Below are positions 1 through 8,590 of a stretch of 45,204 bases of DNA, piece after piece. The stretch lies in the sequence record NC_073085.1. One strand, 5' to 3'. The translations under genes and the position numbers were made by a program. Every line of letters starts with the position of its first letter. The stretch's first letter is position 1. This DNA comes from Escherichia phage vB_EcoS_011D5. The notes under the pieces were generated by a model. It saw only the letters and a list, made by a program, of their open reading frames with translations. It did no database searches and was not told the origin of the DNA.

Positions 1-115
1 ACCCATCGCTACGCCGTGCGGGAATTTCTTCTTGAGACGCGCCAGATCATGCTTGTACTGGTATGCGACGAGCAACGGCGCGCCGTTCAACTCCTCCACG
101 ATACTTTCCAGCGCG
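1..115. repeat. Terminal overlap: 1-115 identical to 45090-45204 (circular closure or terminal redundancy)
   Basis: Exact sequence identity of the window ends; helicase ORF is continuous across the junction. Confidence 0.9.
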
Positions 116-1083
116 TCCAGTTTAGCGTCGTGAATTTTCACCCATTCGTCGGTGCGCTCGCCGTCTTCGTCGACTTTATACACGGCCCCGGAAGCAAGCT
201 GAAGGCACTTAATAGTCTTCGACGCAGCGTTCGCCGCCTCCACAGTTCCGCTTTCCAGTTCCGCAAATAGCTCCGCTTCGAACTGGTCATAAATCTTGCG
301 GGCTTTCTTCGGCAGGTCCACTACAACCGGCGTATAGATTGGCTTGTCACATCCGAAGTATTCAGCCGCATCAACGGTGAGCGATACGTCAGACAGGCGT
401 TGTTGTATTTCTTTCTCGGAGTTCTTGAGCGGGGCGTGCTGCATAGTGAAGCTGCCAGGCTTAACAGGCTTGCTAATAAACCAGCGATCCGTAAATGCCT
501 TATAGCTACTGCCGAGGCGTTCGCCACCATCGACAAACCACGTCTGACCCCATAGATCTTTCAGTCCGTTTGGTGCGGGTGTTCCGGTTAGGTTAATCCA
601 GCGCTTGACGTGCTTATGTGCGATCGCCGCCAGCGCACGGGCGCGCTTACTTCCCTGCTTGCTTCGATAGCCTTTCAGCTTAGTCGATTCATCGGCAACC
701 ACGACCGTAAAGGGCCACTCGTCGCCGCAATACTCGACAAGCCACTCGACCACATCATAGTTAACACAAACCACGTTAGCGTCGCTCTCAAGCGCAGCGA
801 TGCGGTCCTTCTCTGGCCCGGTGCCGTCTACTACCAGCAAGGCTGGGAAGCGCCATTTCTCCTGTTCTGGGGGCCATGTACCGGACGCAACGCGCAGCGG
901 GGCCAGCACCAGTACGCGGTCCTCCTGGTTGGACAGGATACCGGTCTGGAACATTTTATTCAGTGCCCACATGGTCGCGCCGGTTTTACCCGACCCCATT
1001 GTCGCCCATATATTGCATCGCTTATGCTTGAGGATGAACGCGGTTATCAACTTCTGATATTCGCGGCGTCGGAATCGTGCCAT
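1..1083 (-). CDS. SNF2/DEAD-like helicase, N-terminal part (gene crosses the linearisation point, continues at 45089 down to 44748; ~474 aa in total)
   Basis: Minus-strand frame open from ATG ~1083 to window edge; Walker A ...ATMGSGKTGAT... (~970-1011); DExx-like box VVVADESTKLKGY (~700-780); frame matches C-terminal ORF 44748-45188. Confidence 0.8.
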   Translation of the reverse strand, partial: MARFRRREYQKLITAFILKHKRCNIWATMGSGKTGATMWALNKMFQTGILSNQEDRVLVLAPLRVASGTWPPEQEKWRFPALLVVDGTGPEKDRIAALESDANVVCVNYDVVEWLVEYCGDEWPFTVVVADESTKLKGYRSKQGSKRARALAAIAHKHVKRWINLTGTPAPNGLKDLWGQTWFVDGGERLGSSYKAFTDRWFISKPVKPGSFTMQHAPLKNSEKEIQQRLSDVSLTVDAAEYFGCDKPIYTPVVVDLPKKARKIYDQFEAELFAELESGTVEAANAASKTIKCLQLASGAVYKVDEDGERTDEWVKIHDAKLDALESIVEELNGAPLLVAYQYKHDLARLKKKFPHGVAMG

Positions 1084-1087
1084 ATCT

Positions 1088-1312
1088 CTATTCCGCCTTT
1101 TTCCAGACTTCGGTTTCACTGTTCCAGTTCTTCTTTTTGGCATCATGGTTGGTGTGGTGTCCTACGTGCACGCCGGTCGCCCGGAATCTCTTAAATTTTT
1201 GCCAGCACACCGTCAACGGCAGCGGGTAGTTCATGCCCGCGATAAACCATACGCGATCGCCCGGTTTGCATTCGCCCAGCTTGGTGAGTCGGTAATGTTC
1301 TTTCATCGTCAT
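1088..1312 (-). CDS. Hypothetical protein (~74 aa)
   Basis: ORF-track 1088..1321, ATG at index 3; 4 nt downstream of helicase start. Confidence 0.45.
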   Translation of the reverse strand: MTMKEHYRLTKLGECKPGDRVWFIAGMNYPLPLTVCWQKFKRFRATGVHVGHHTNHDAKKKNWNSETEVWKKAE

Positions 1313-1349
1313 GTCTCCCAAAAATGGCGGGACAAGCCCGCCGTATTAA

Positions 1350-1523
1350 TTATTCTTGCGCTGCGCGGTAACGGCGCTGCCGTTCACGCTCTTTCTTATT
1401 GCGGCATGATTTGCACTCGGCCCGATACCCGTCCGGGCTGCGCGCAGTCTTGCCGGTGTATTTGTGGAACTGGGATAGCGGTTTAACGCAGCCGCAATTA
1501 CTGCAGCGTTTTTCTTCAATCAT
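1350..1523 (-). CDS. Small zinc-ribbon protein (CxxC...CxxC, basic C-terminus)
   Basis: MIEEKRCSNCGCVKPLSQFHKY...AECKSCRNKKERERQRRYRAAQE; start chosen at internal ATG. Confidence 0.5.
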   Translation of the reverse strand: MIEEKRCSNCGCVKPLSQFHKYTGKTARSPDGYRAECKSCRNKKERERQRRYRAAQE

Positions 1524-1563
1524 TTCTAAAATCCTCGTTAGTGCTAACCTGCTCACTATACTG

Positions 1564-1842
1564 TTAAGCGACCAATTCAGCAACCAATAAATTGCAGTCG
1601 GCTATGTTGTCGATAACGCGAACGTCCGCACCGCGGCGGGCCATTCGCTCATGTTCTCGTACCTGGTGCGGCTTAGGTTTGCCGCCTGGGCGCTTCACTT
1701 CGACGAACACTATCTTGCCGTTGATGATGATTATCAGGTCGGGCGCACCTGCGCGCCCCTCCCATGCCACTTTACGGCAGAATCCGCCGACGGCTTTAAC
1801 CAACTTCATAAGGTGACTTTGAATCTTGCCTTCTGGTGTCAT
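1564..1842 (-). CDS. VRR-NUC domain nuclease
   Basis: GAPDLIIIINGKIVFVEVKRPGGKPKPHQ matches the VRR-NUC PD-(D/E)xK signature. Confidence 0.8.
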   Translation of the reverse strand: MTPEGKIQSHLMKLVKAVGGFCRKVAWEGRAGAPDLIIIINGKIVFVEVKRPGGKPKPHQVREHERMARRGADVRVIDNIADCNLLVAELVA

Positions 1843-2030
1843 TTGGTTTGCAATTCCACGTTACGCAGGCGGAGGTCTACCGGCACATCCGATCGACCGG
1901 TTAGCGCCAGCGCCAGGTTTTCAGGAGTAACAAGTGCCGTAATGGTCTTGCCACGTTCCAGTCTAATGACGATTCGAATCTCGTCATTGTCCGTCGCGCC
2001 CGCGCGCATTATGCTCATTTCTGCTTTCAT
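1839..2030 (-). CDS. Small hypothetical protein
   Basis: ORF-track 1839..2075 trimmed to internal ATG so it does not overlap the polymerase stop. Confidence 0.35.
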   Translation of the reverse strand: MKAEMSIMRAGATDNDEIRIVIRLERGKTITALVTPENLALALTGRSDVPVDLRLRNVELQTK

Positions 2031-2034
2031 AATA

Positions 2035-4326
2035 TTATTTCCTGTACCTGTACATAATGTCGCCTTCCGCGGCAAGCGGGAAGCCTTTCGCCCAAATAGG
2101 CAGGTCGCACATCAGCGCGCATAGCTCCTCGGTCGTGTAATCGTCAGTATCCGGCACTTCGGTGATCAGTTCATCGTGTACGGACAGTACGATCTCATAT
2201 CCCGCAGCTTCAACGCCCGGCATGGACCATGCGAGGATATCGCGACACAGCGCCTGCACGATGTTTTCCGTGAGTTTTCCGCCGTAGGTGTACTGGGATC
2301 CCCACTGGCGCGTCGTCTGATTCTCACCCTGATATTTAATGCGGGTGCTGGTGCGTTTCTTGCCGGTATCTTCGTCGATCTCGGTCGTCACTGACAGCGC
2401 AATGCCTGGATAACTCATAATACGCCCCGACGGCAACTCAATTTTCAACCACCACCCCGCGGCGTTCGGGTCGTCGCGTTCCTCGTCGAAGGTTGGGTCA
2501 TGCTTCGCCTTCGTGCGGACTATCTTGAGCGCTTTCTTACCATCCGGGCGAACGTTCGCGCCAGCCCAGTACGCTTTGCCAGGATTGCGGATTGCACACA
2601 ACACCGCGTCCTCAAGCTCGGCCCAAAAGGCTACCGTCTTCGGGTGAGCCTCGCGCCACATGCGTTTAATCGCATCACACGTAAGCCATACGTTTTTCGG
2701 CAGTATGTAAGTCGGGCGCTCGTCCTTCTTGCCCGGCTTCGGCGGTCGCTTCGCTTCGTTAATGCGGGCATATTCATAACCACGTTTCGCCGCCGCCCAA
2801 ATGTGATCGGGGAATGTGCCCTTCATCACGTCAGCCATCGCATAAAGGTCGAGGCCCAGGTTTTTAGCGAACTGCAAGAACGCAGCCACGCCGCCGCCGT
2901 AGCCCAGGCCCAACTCACACGCCTTACCAATCTGGCGTAAGTCCTTGCGGTTGGCTTTAATGTATTCCGGGTCAAGGCCAAACATCTTACCGGCAGTTTC
3001 ACAATAAATATCGCGACCGGCCCTAAACACCATGAGCGCTGTTTTCTCGCCAGCGATCCAGGCAAGGCCGCGCCCTTCCACGTTGGAGTAGTCCGCAACG
3101 ACAAACTTCTTGCCCTTCGCCGGAATAATGCACCCGCGAACGGTCGAGGCCGTTAGCTTCGATATGTCATACGCCCAGTGTGCGGTCCCGCGTAACAGGG
3201 AGTTGATGCCGTTGGTGAGCATGTGCGACCGCACCCAAAAAGATATATCGCTCTCGCCCTCGCGGCGCTTAATCTTCCCTTCGTGGTCGTCGCTATACTC
3301 GCCACGCGCCAGGTTTTGCGGCTGGAAGCCTTTACCGGCCCAGCGTAGCGTGCGCTTTGCCCCACCATACTGAAGACAACCACGGCGGCGACCATCGGCG
3401 GACAGGCCATTTACGAGCGGATTGTACTTAGTCGATGCCGTTGATGACGCTCCGAGGCGCATCTCGATAAGCACTTTGCCTTCATCGGGGAAGTCTGGAT
3501 CTTCCAGCAGGTCGTTAAGCGTGGATTTCTGCGCGTTGTGGATTGTGAACGCAGGCGCGAGGTCACGCAGCGCTGGCAGGAAGTCATTGCCGGTCAGCTT
3601 ACCGCCGAAGCGCTCCCATGCTTCTTCCTTCAATTCTTCCTTATGCGCCTGTACCGCTTTGATCGCAGCGCGCGCCAGGTCGACGTCTACATAGAAGCCG
3701 CGGTCATTAATCAACTGGTCAATAAGCAGGATTTCGTCTTCCTTCGGCGTGTTACCCCAGTCCGGTATGCGCCAATAGACTTCACGCATCGCGACAATAT
3801 CCAGCGCAGCATAGCGCAGGAATTTAGCCCACTCCTCTGGGTGCGTCTCGCGCGTGTAGCGTCGGATTTTGTAGGTCCTAGGGGTAGGCTTACAGAATCG
3901 TTTAATCAGCGCCTTGCCTGCCTTATCCTTCGCGTGCTCTGCATCAACGCCCAGCACCTGGCACTGCATATCGAGGCTACCAGGCAACGCGTGTCGGAAG
4001 GCCATAACCATGGTGTCTTCGATCTGGCACACTGGCAAGTCAATACCCCACTTTTCGCGAATAACCAGGCGGTCAAACAGGAGGCCGTTAGCCATCACGA
4101 TTTTTGCTTTCTTGCGGGATACCTGGCGGAGCGCCTTGCGCAGTTCACGCGGCATTGTAGGGGATTCGGTGCAATCCCATGTCTGTACGCGGCCCTCGTC
4201 GATGGCGTAGGTGCAGATCATAATCTCGGTTGTCGGGTGCTCCGCGTAGGCGTATGCGCCCACTTTCTTCAGGTCTACCCCGCTAAATGTCTCGGTATCG
4301 AGAAACAGGCGTTCGAAGTCTTTCAT
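2035..4326 (-). CDS. Family A DNA polymerase with N-terminal 3'-5' exonuclease domain (T7 gp5-like)
   Basis: Exo I FLDTETFS; motif A VVADYSNVEGRGLAWIAGE; motif B RKDLRQIGKACELGLGYGGG; motif C VLSVHDELITEVP; start set at MKDFERLF (ATGA overlap with upstream small ORF). Confidence 0.9.
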   Translation of the reverse strand: MKDFERLFLDTETFSGVDLKKVGAYAYAEHPTTEIMICTYAIDEGRVQTWDCTESPTMPRELRKALRQVSRKKAKIVMANGLLFDRLVIREKWGIDLPVCQIEDTMVMAFRHALPGSLDMQCQVLGVDAEHAKDKAGKALIKRFCKPTPRTYKIRRYTRETHPEEWAKFLRYAALDIVAMREVYWRIPDWGNTPKEDEILLIDQLINDRGFYVDVDLARAAIKAVQAHKEELKEEAWERFGGKLTGNDFLPALRDLAPAFTIHNAQKSTLNDLLEDPDFPDEGKVLIEMRLGASSTASTKYNPLVNGLSADGRRRGCLQYGGAKRTLRWAGKGFQPQNLARGEYSDDHEGKIKRREGESDISFWVRSHMLTNGINSLLRGTAHWAYDISKLTASTVRGCIIPAKGKKFVVADYSNVEGRGLAWIAGEKTALMVFRAGRDIYCETAGKMFGLDPEYIKANRKDLRQIGKACELGLGYGGGVAAFLQFAKNLGLDLYAMADVMKGTFPDHIWAAAKRGYEYARINEAKRPPKPGKKDERPTYILPKNVWLTCDAIKRMWREAHPKTVAFWAELEDAVLCAIRNPGKAYWAGANVRPDGKKALKIVRTKAKHDPTFDEERDDPNAAGWWLKIELPSGRIMSYPGIALSVTTEIDEDTGKKRTSTRIKYQGENQTTRQWGSQYTYGGKLTENIVQALCRDILAWSMPGVEAAGYEIVLSVHDELITEVPDTDDYTTEELCALMCDLPIWAKGFPLAAEGDIMYRYRK

Positions 4327-4493
4327 TGCTGAATCCTCACTACGGCGTCGGCGCTGCCGATCATGGAGAAGATACCGTCGGAAAGGGTAATCTCCCCGCC
4401 GTTGTTGCGAATCTCGGCAACGATGAAATACTCGCCCAGCATTTTGGACCATACTCGCATTCCGACTTTTACTTCGCTGGCTTTAATACGCAT
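4323..4493 (-). CDS. Small hypothetical protein (~56 aa), translationally coupled to the polymerase
   Basis: Read by eye: MRIKASEVKVGMRVWSK...; RBS AGGA upstream; stop overlaps polymerase ATG. Coordinates approximate. Confidence 0.4.
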   Translation of the reverse strand: MRIKASEVKVGMRVWSKMLGEYFIVAEIRNNGGEITLSDGIFSMIGSADAVVRIQQ

Positions 4494-4507
4494 TTTTCAT
4501 TGTCCTA

Positions 4508-4533
4508 TTAAAAAGCCCGCATTAAGCGGGCTT
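4508..4533 (-). terminator. Intrinsic terminator/attenuator after SSB-like gene
   Basis: Hairpin AGCCCGC-atta-GCGGGCT followed by a T-run on the minus strand. Confidence 0.5.
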
Positions 4534-4551
4534 GAATAGTGGGCTTTGCCC

Positions 4552-5337
4552 TTAACGGCGGCGACGTTTACGTGGTGCTTCGTCTTCGTCGTCTTCGTCC
4601 TCATCTTCGTCATCGCGTGGCTTACGACGTTTACGAGGTTTCTCATCTTCGTCGTCTTCGTCGTCATCGCGGCGCTTGGACTTTTTGGACTTGCGCGGCT
4701 TGTCGTCTTCGTCATCGTCATCACGACGTTTTGACTTTTTGGACTTGCGCGGGCTTTCATCTTCGTCATCATCGCCCAGGTCTTCGTCGGAGCAAGAAGA
4801 ACCGCCACCGCCGAAGGATTCACCATCATCGCGGAAGCGAAGACCCAGCAATCCCGCACCGAGGCCTTTACCGTTGGTATTATTCCACGCCCAAATATCC
4901 AGGGACACGTTGCAATAACAACCGGAGTAGATCTCCTGGCCTTCGATCTCGTCGCCTTCTATGGTCAGACCTTGTTCCGTCTGCTTCTCGCCGAGTGACG
5001 TTTGAATGATCGGCTGTTTGAACGATTTGGCGTTGATGTACAACATGCCTTCGAATTCTTCGGTTACTTCGTCGCGCTCGTCACCGTCGCGAACTGCGCA
5101 TTCCTTAGAATCCTGAGCGTAGTGACGGTCCATCCACTTATCAGCATTCTTCTCGGATTTCAGCTTGTCGGTGAGCACTGCGCGCGCTGCCGCTTCCACT
5201 TTGTCCACCTGCGGATCTTCTTTATCAAGAAGAATCACTGCACGGTATGCCGGTTTTTGTCCATCCTGTTTAGGGGTATCACGTTCCCAGATTTTCAGGA
5301 AACATACGCGCACATTTTTCAGGTTGACTTTAGCCAT
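4552..5337 (-). CDS. Putative single-stranded DNA-binding protein with mixed-charge repetitive C-terminal tail
   Basis: N-terminus MAKVNLKNVRV...YRAVILLDKEDP resembles phage SSB N-termini; C-terminal tandem repeats DDDEDE..PRKSKKSKRR; RBS GAGGA. Confidence 0.5.
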   Translation of the reverse strand: MAKVNLKNVRVCFLKIWERDTPKQDGQKPAYRAVILLDKEDPQVDKVEAAARAVLTDKLKSEKNADKWMDRHYAQDSKECAVRDGDERDEVTEEFEGMLYINAKSFKQPIIQTSLGEKQTEQGLTIEGDEIEGQEIYSGCYCNVSLDIWAWNNTNGKGLGAGLLGLRFRDDGESFGGGGSSCSDEDLGDDDEDESPRKSKKSKRRDDDDEDDKPRKSKKSKRRDDDEDDEDEKPRKRRKPRDDEDEDEDDEDEAPRKRRRR

Positions 5338-5427
5338 TTTCCAATTCCTCATTTTCACATGTATCGGGGTTATTATGAGCCACCCCGTTCGGCTTGGTTG
5401 CTAATCTACTTGGTTGCACCTAAGCGG

Positions 5428-5670
5428 TCAAGCACTTTTATTAAAAAGATTTCTGGTCACGTAGTTGGTAGCGTTCTCGACCCAGCTTAACGGCGGTCGG
5501 TCGATGTTCTTCTCCACCCAGTCGACGGCAGCGTCACTATATCCGTCGTCAAGCCAGCGGGTCGGATGGCGAATCATCCACGCCACCATTAACACGCCCT
5601 GCACGCAATGCAGGATAAAGCCCAGCGCGCCGAGCAAAAACATCAATAAGATCGCAAATACTTTACTCAT
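5428..5670 (-). CDS. Small membrane protein (one TM helix)
   Basis: Hydrophobic stretch FAILLMFLLGALGFIL; start overlaps exonuclease stop. Confidence 0.5.
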   Translation of the reverse strand: MSKVFAILLMFLLGALGFILHCVQGVLMVAWMIRHPTRWLDDGYSDAAVDWVEKNIDRPPLSWVENATNYVTRNLFNKSA

Positions 5671-7093
5671 TGCTTAAGTCCTCGTCAGTGGCCTCCGACC
5701 ACGCAGGGCGCGGGTCGTCGATGGGTGCTAATACCGGTTTAGCCGGTGCGCGAGTGATTTTAGCACACAGCTTCGCCCACACTTTCGGTTTTTCGTCCTT
5801 CAGTACCTTCTCGGCATCGGTAGGGCTGAGCAATGTTTCTTTGTACATCACATCGCGCTTGATCCGGGCCTTCGTGAATATTTCAATCACTTCGCTCTCG
5901 TCCGCCCACTTCCGGATCCCTTCCTTACCGGCAACCATCTTGAGGCCCAGCGATTCGCCATCCCCCGCCATTACCGCTTTGAATACCGCGGACTCGATAG
6001 CTTTGATGTGCTGGCGCATTGCGTCCAGACCTTCATACGCCTTGCGCAGTTCCGCCGCGCTCATAGCGCCGGGGGCCGATTCCTTATTGCCACGCTTCGC
6101 ACGTCGGGCTGCCTTCCGGGCTTCGCGGGCCATATTGCGGTCGTGGTTGGCGCATTCTTCCTCTGTCGCAATACTCACGTCATCGCCCAGGTCTTCGTCG
6201 GTTGCCGTCGGTGGGGTCATCGTGTCGATTGCGGCCTTAGCGCGGGCACTACACTGATCCGCAAATCTGCACCACTGGCACGCATCGACGCTGGGCCGGA
6301 AGTCCGCGCGGGTGAGTCCCTTCTTGCCTCGGGAATACGCTTCCAGTGCGGCGATAGCGCGCTTGGATGCAAACTTCGCGAATATCTCCAGGGCTTCTAC
6401 CGAAATATCCCACTCCGACGCCCCACCGCAATACGGCTGGAAGATAACCAGGCGAACGGTCGTAATGTCGTACATGGTTTGCAGCTTGCGCAGCAGGCCT
6501 AGCGCGTACAACATAAGCTGTTTGTTTTCTTTTGCCTCGACCTTATGTCGCCCGGTCTTCAGGTCGCCAACAATCAGCATGTACGTGCCGTCGGTCTTCT
6601 TCATGACCATGACCATATCAGCAGTGCCGAACGTCTTAACCTTGTTGCCGTCGATCTCGAAGCCCGAGTGAAGGACACGGGTAAGATCGGCGCGCATCTC
6701 AAGCTGGACAAACTCCGCCACTTCGAGGAGCGGTCGCCAGTGGTCGATGTATGCATCGCACTGTTTCACCATATCATCATTGACCAGTACGCCGCCTTTC
6801 GGCGCTTTCGGGTGTGCCTTTACTGGCCCCTTTCCTTCGTTCTCGACGTAGCACCCTTTATACGTCTTCGCGGTTATTTTCTTCTCACCGGCGATAATGC
6901 GGTTTAGCAACACTTCAGATACGGTGTGCATACTCGTACCGTTAATCGCGGCTTGCCCGGATTCGTTCGGGATATCTTTTTCCACCACCAGGGCGGCAGG
7001 GCAACCCATCCATTTTTTAGCACCGGACGGTCCGAGTAATGAGTGTTCCGTATTACTACCGGATTGCGTTTTACGTTTTGGTTTAATCGCCAT
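5663..7093 (-). CDS. RecB/Cas4-family PD-(D/E)xK exonuclease with C-terminal Cys cluster
   Basis: N-terminal GPSGAKKWMGCPA; IVGDLKTG...QLMLYALGL (D/ExK and QxxxY); C-terminal CQWCRFADQC. Confidence 0.75.
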   Translation of the reverse strand: MAIKPKRKTQSGSNTEHSLLGPSGAKKWMGCPAALVVEKDIPNESGQAAINGTSMHTVSEVLLNRIIAGEKKITAKTYKGCYVENEGKGPVKAHPKAPKGGVLVNDDMVKQCDAYIDHWRPLLEVAEFVQLEMRADLTRVLHSGFEIDGNKVKTFGTADMVMVMKKTDGTYMLIVGDLKTGRHKVEAKENKQLMLYALGLLRKLQTMYDITTVRLVIFQPYCGGASEWDISVEALEIFAKFASKRAIAALEAYSRGKKGLTRADFRPSVDACQWCRFADQCSARAKAAIDTMTPPTATDEDLGDDVSIATEEECANHDRNMAREARKAARRAKRGNKESAPGAMSAAELRKAYEGLDAMRQHIKAIESAVFKAVMAGDGESLGLKMVAGKEGIRKWADESEVIEIFTKARIKRDVMYKETLLSPTDAEKVLKDEKPKVWAKLCAKITRAPAKPVLAPIDDPRPAWSEATDEDLSNE

Positions 7094-7281
7094 TATTCCA
7101 CCCTTGAAAACTGAGCAATGTAATATTCATGTTTAACACCGGCCCGCTTCGCGGCTTCGTTCATGGTAGCCGCCAAACCTCTGGCTTGAGTCCAGCAGCA
7201 ATTCCAGTTCTGATTCATAACGATTTCGGGTTGCTCATCGCCGGTAATACGGCAGCGAAATAAAACGAAAAATATAGCCAT
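7093..7281 (-). CDS. Hypothetical protein (62 aa)
   Basis: ORF with ATG; start directly follows stop of upstream gene (TAAATG). Confidence 0.4.
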   Translation of the reverse strand: MAIFFVLFRCRITGDEQPEIVMNQNWNCCWTQARGLAATMNEAAKRAGVKHEYYIAQFSRVE

Positions 7282-7533
7282 TTATTTTGTCTCCCAGCGG
7301 TCAATTGTTTTTGCTTCGGATGCAACGGCGAAGCGAACAAATTCCAGATTGGAATCCGCCCAAATATAAAAGTCGGGGTTAGTAAAAGTGGTGCGCTTAA
7401 TTTGCGCGGGTGTGTTGCGGCGTTTGTCTATTACGGCAACGCGGGACTGAAAATTGCCGATGCGTTCGAATAGCCAATAATATGGGCGCTGGTCGCGGGA
7501 GTCCACCGCCTCGATTAGCGTGAAACGTGCCAT
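7282..7533 (-). CDS. Hypothetical protein (83 aa)
   Basis: ORF-track, ATG start, operon context. Confidence 0.45.
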   Translation of the reverse strand: MARFTLIEAVDSRDQRPYYWLFERIGNFQSRVAVIDKRRNTPAQIKRTTFTNPDFYIWADSNLEFVRFAVASEAKTIDRWETK

Positions 7534-7544
7534 TGTCTCGTCCT

Positions 7545-7573
7545 CTAAAAAGAGGCCCGCAGATTAGCGGGCC
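7545..7573 (-). terminator. Intrinsic terminator-like hairpin
   Basis: GGCCCGC-agatta-GCGGGCC followed by a T-run on the minus strand. Confidence 0.45.
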
Positions 7574-7581
7574 GGATAATA

Positions 7582-7707
7582 TTAGTCTTCTCCGCCGAGT
7601 TGTTTATAAACTTCGTCCGGGTCGTCGCCTCTTTCTTCGCAGAAGGCGGTGAATGCCGCCCAGTTTTCTGCTATGAAATCGAGCGTGATTCTCATTTCAT
7701 AGTCCAT
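7582..7707 (-). CDS. Small acidic hypothetical protein (~41 aa)
   Basis: Read by eye: MDYEMRITLDFIAENWAAFTAFCEERGDDPDEVYKQLGGED; not in ORF track (<60 aa). Confidence 0.35.
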   Translation of the reverse strand: MDYEMRITLDFIAENWAAFTAFCEERGDDPDEVYKQLGGED

Positions 7708-7711
7708 GATA

Positions 7712-8221
7712 TTAGTCTTCCAGTTCGAAATAGGTTTCGACGATTTCTTTCAGATCTTTGTGGAAATCTTCCACGTCGTCATCTTCCAGCTTGGCGATTG
7801 ATTTGATCTCGAACGCTTCCAGCAGGTCGTCAAATTCGTCGTTCGCATCGTCATCATCACCGCCTGCGATAATCGCGGCATACTGTTTGATTTCGTCGCG
7901 CATCTCTGCCAGCGGGTCGGCATCTTTCTTACCTTTGCCTTTCGCTGGTGCTTTTTTACCCTTCGCCGGTTTTTCGTCTTCGGCTTCATCGTCGTCATCT
8001 TCTACGACTTCTTTTTTGGCCTTACCTTTCGCCGTGGCTTTTTTACCTTTCGCCGGTGCTTCGTCTTCAGCGTCGTCATCTTCTACGACTTCTTTTTTGG
8101 CCTTAGCTGGCTTTTTATCTTCCTGCTTACCAACGGCAGCGCCCACGGTTTCATAATGTTTTGCGATGATTTCCAGTGCTACTACGCCGCGAGTGATCAG
8201 GTTTACGATTTGCTCAAACAT
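7712..8221 (-). CDS. Acidic early protein with tandem KKEVVEDDD-AEDE-PAKGKKA-AKGK repeats; first gene of the leftward operon
   Basis: ORF-track 7712..8449 trimmed to MFEQIVNL; RBS GGAGA; ~84 bp tandem DNA repeat at ~7970-8140; acidic C-terminus DEFDDLLEAF...EDDDVEDF. Confidence 0.6.
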   Translation of the reverse strand: MFEQIVNLITRGVVALEIIAKHYETVGAAVGKQEDKKPAKAKKEVVEDDDAEDEAPAKGKKATAKGKAKKEVVEDDDDEAEDEKPAKGKKAPAKGKGKKDADPLAEMRDEIKQYAAIIAGGDDDDANDEFDDLLEAFEIKSIAKLEDDDVEDFHKDLKEIVETYFELED

Positions 8222-8456
8222 GGTGTATCTCCGATTGGTTAAGTTTAGGTGTCGACCATTAACTTCGTCGGTGGCCTTAACATAGTGCCCGGTTGCGCGT
8301 TCTCCCTTTCGGGTAGTGGACCGGGTTATATAATCACGGTTGGGAATCCTGACACTTCGATCCGGCCCCTGCGTTGCCCCTCTCCAGTTTGCTTCCTGCA
8401 TCCTGTCGACGAGGTGAATATTAGATTGGTTGCAGAAGGGAGTCAACAACTAATTT

Positions 8457-8491
8457 AAAAAAAAAGCGCCGAAGCAAAATGCGACGGCGCT
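8457..8491 (-). terminator. Intrinsic terminator-like hairpin in the divergent early control region
   Basis: AGCGCCG...CGGCGCT hairpin followed by a T9 run on the minus strand. Confidence 0.5.
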
Positions 8492-8561
8492 AACCAATAA
8501 GAGACAATGAGACGGGAATTATTATTACACGCGTGCGCGCCCGTTTCAATATCCAAAGGAT

Positions 8562-8590
8562 TTGACACCGTGCAGTTTTGGGTGTAGTTT
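8562..8590 (+). promoter_or_regulatory. Sigma70-like rightward early promoter
   Basis: TTGACA - 17 nt - TAGTTT, ~30 nt upstream of the 8622 gene. Confidence 0.5.

Noticed and set aside
610-1194. Plus-strand 194 aa ORF at the left end (also 16..270 and 800..1057)
   Set aside because: Antisense shadow of the helicase gene, whose Walker A and DExx motifs are unambiguous on the minus strand.
3538-4332. Plus-strand 264 aa ORF inside the DNA polymerase region
   Set aside because: Antisense to the polymerase ORF, which carries clear family A motifs; no independent support.
4327-4452. N-terminal extension of the DNA polymerase (ORF-track start at 4452)
   Set aside because: The extension is Arg-rich nonsense and overlaps a better small ORF in another frame; MKDFERLF at 4326 is the more plausible start.
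7758-8156. Plus-strand Ser-rich 132 aa ORF (and the similar 4676..4918)
   Set aside because: Antisense reading of the acidic-repeat coding sequence (GAC/GAA-rich DNA reads as Ser/Leu runs on the opposite strand).
8222-8449. N-terminal extension of the acidic early protein (ORF-track start at 8449)
   Set aside because: It would run through the intergenic promoter/terminator region; the internal ATG at 8221 has an RBS and begins the structured part.
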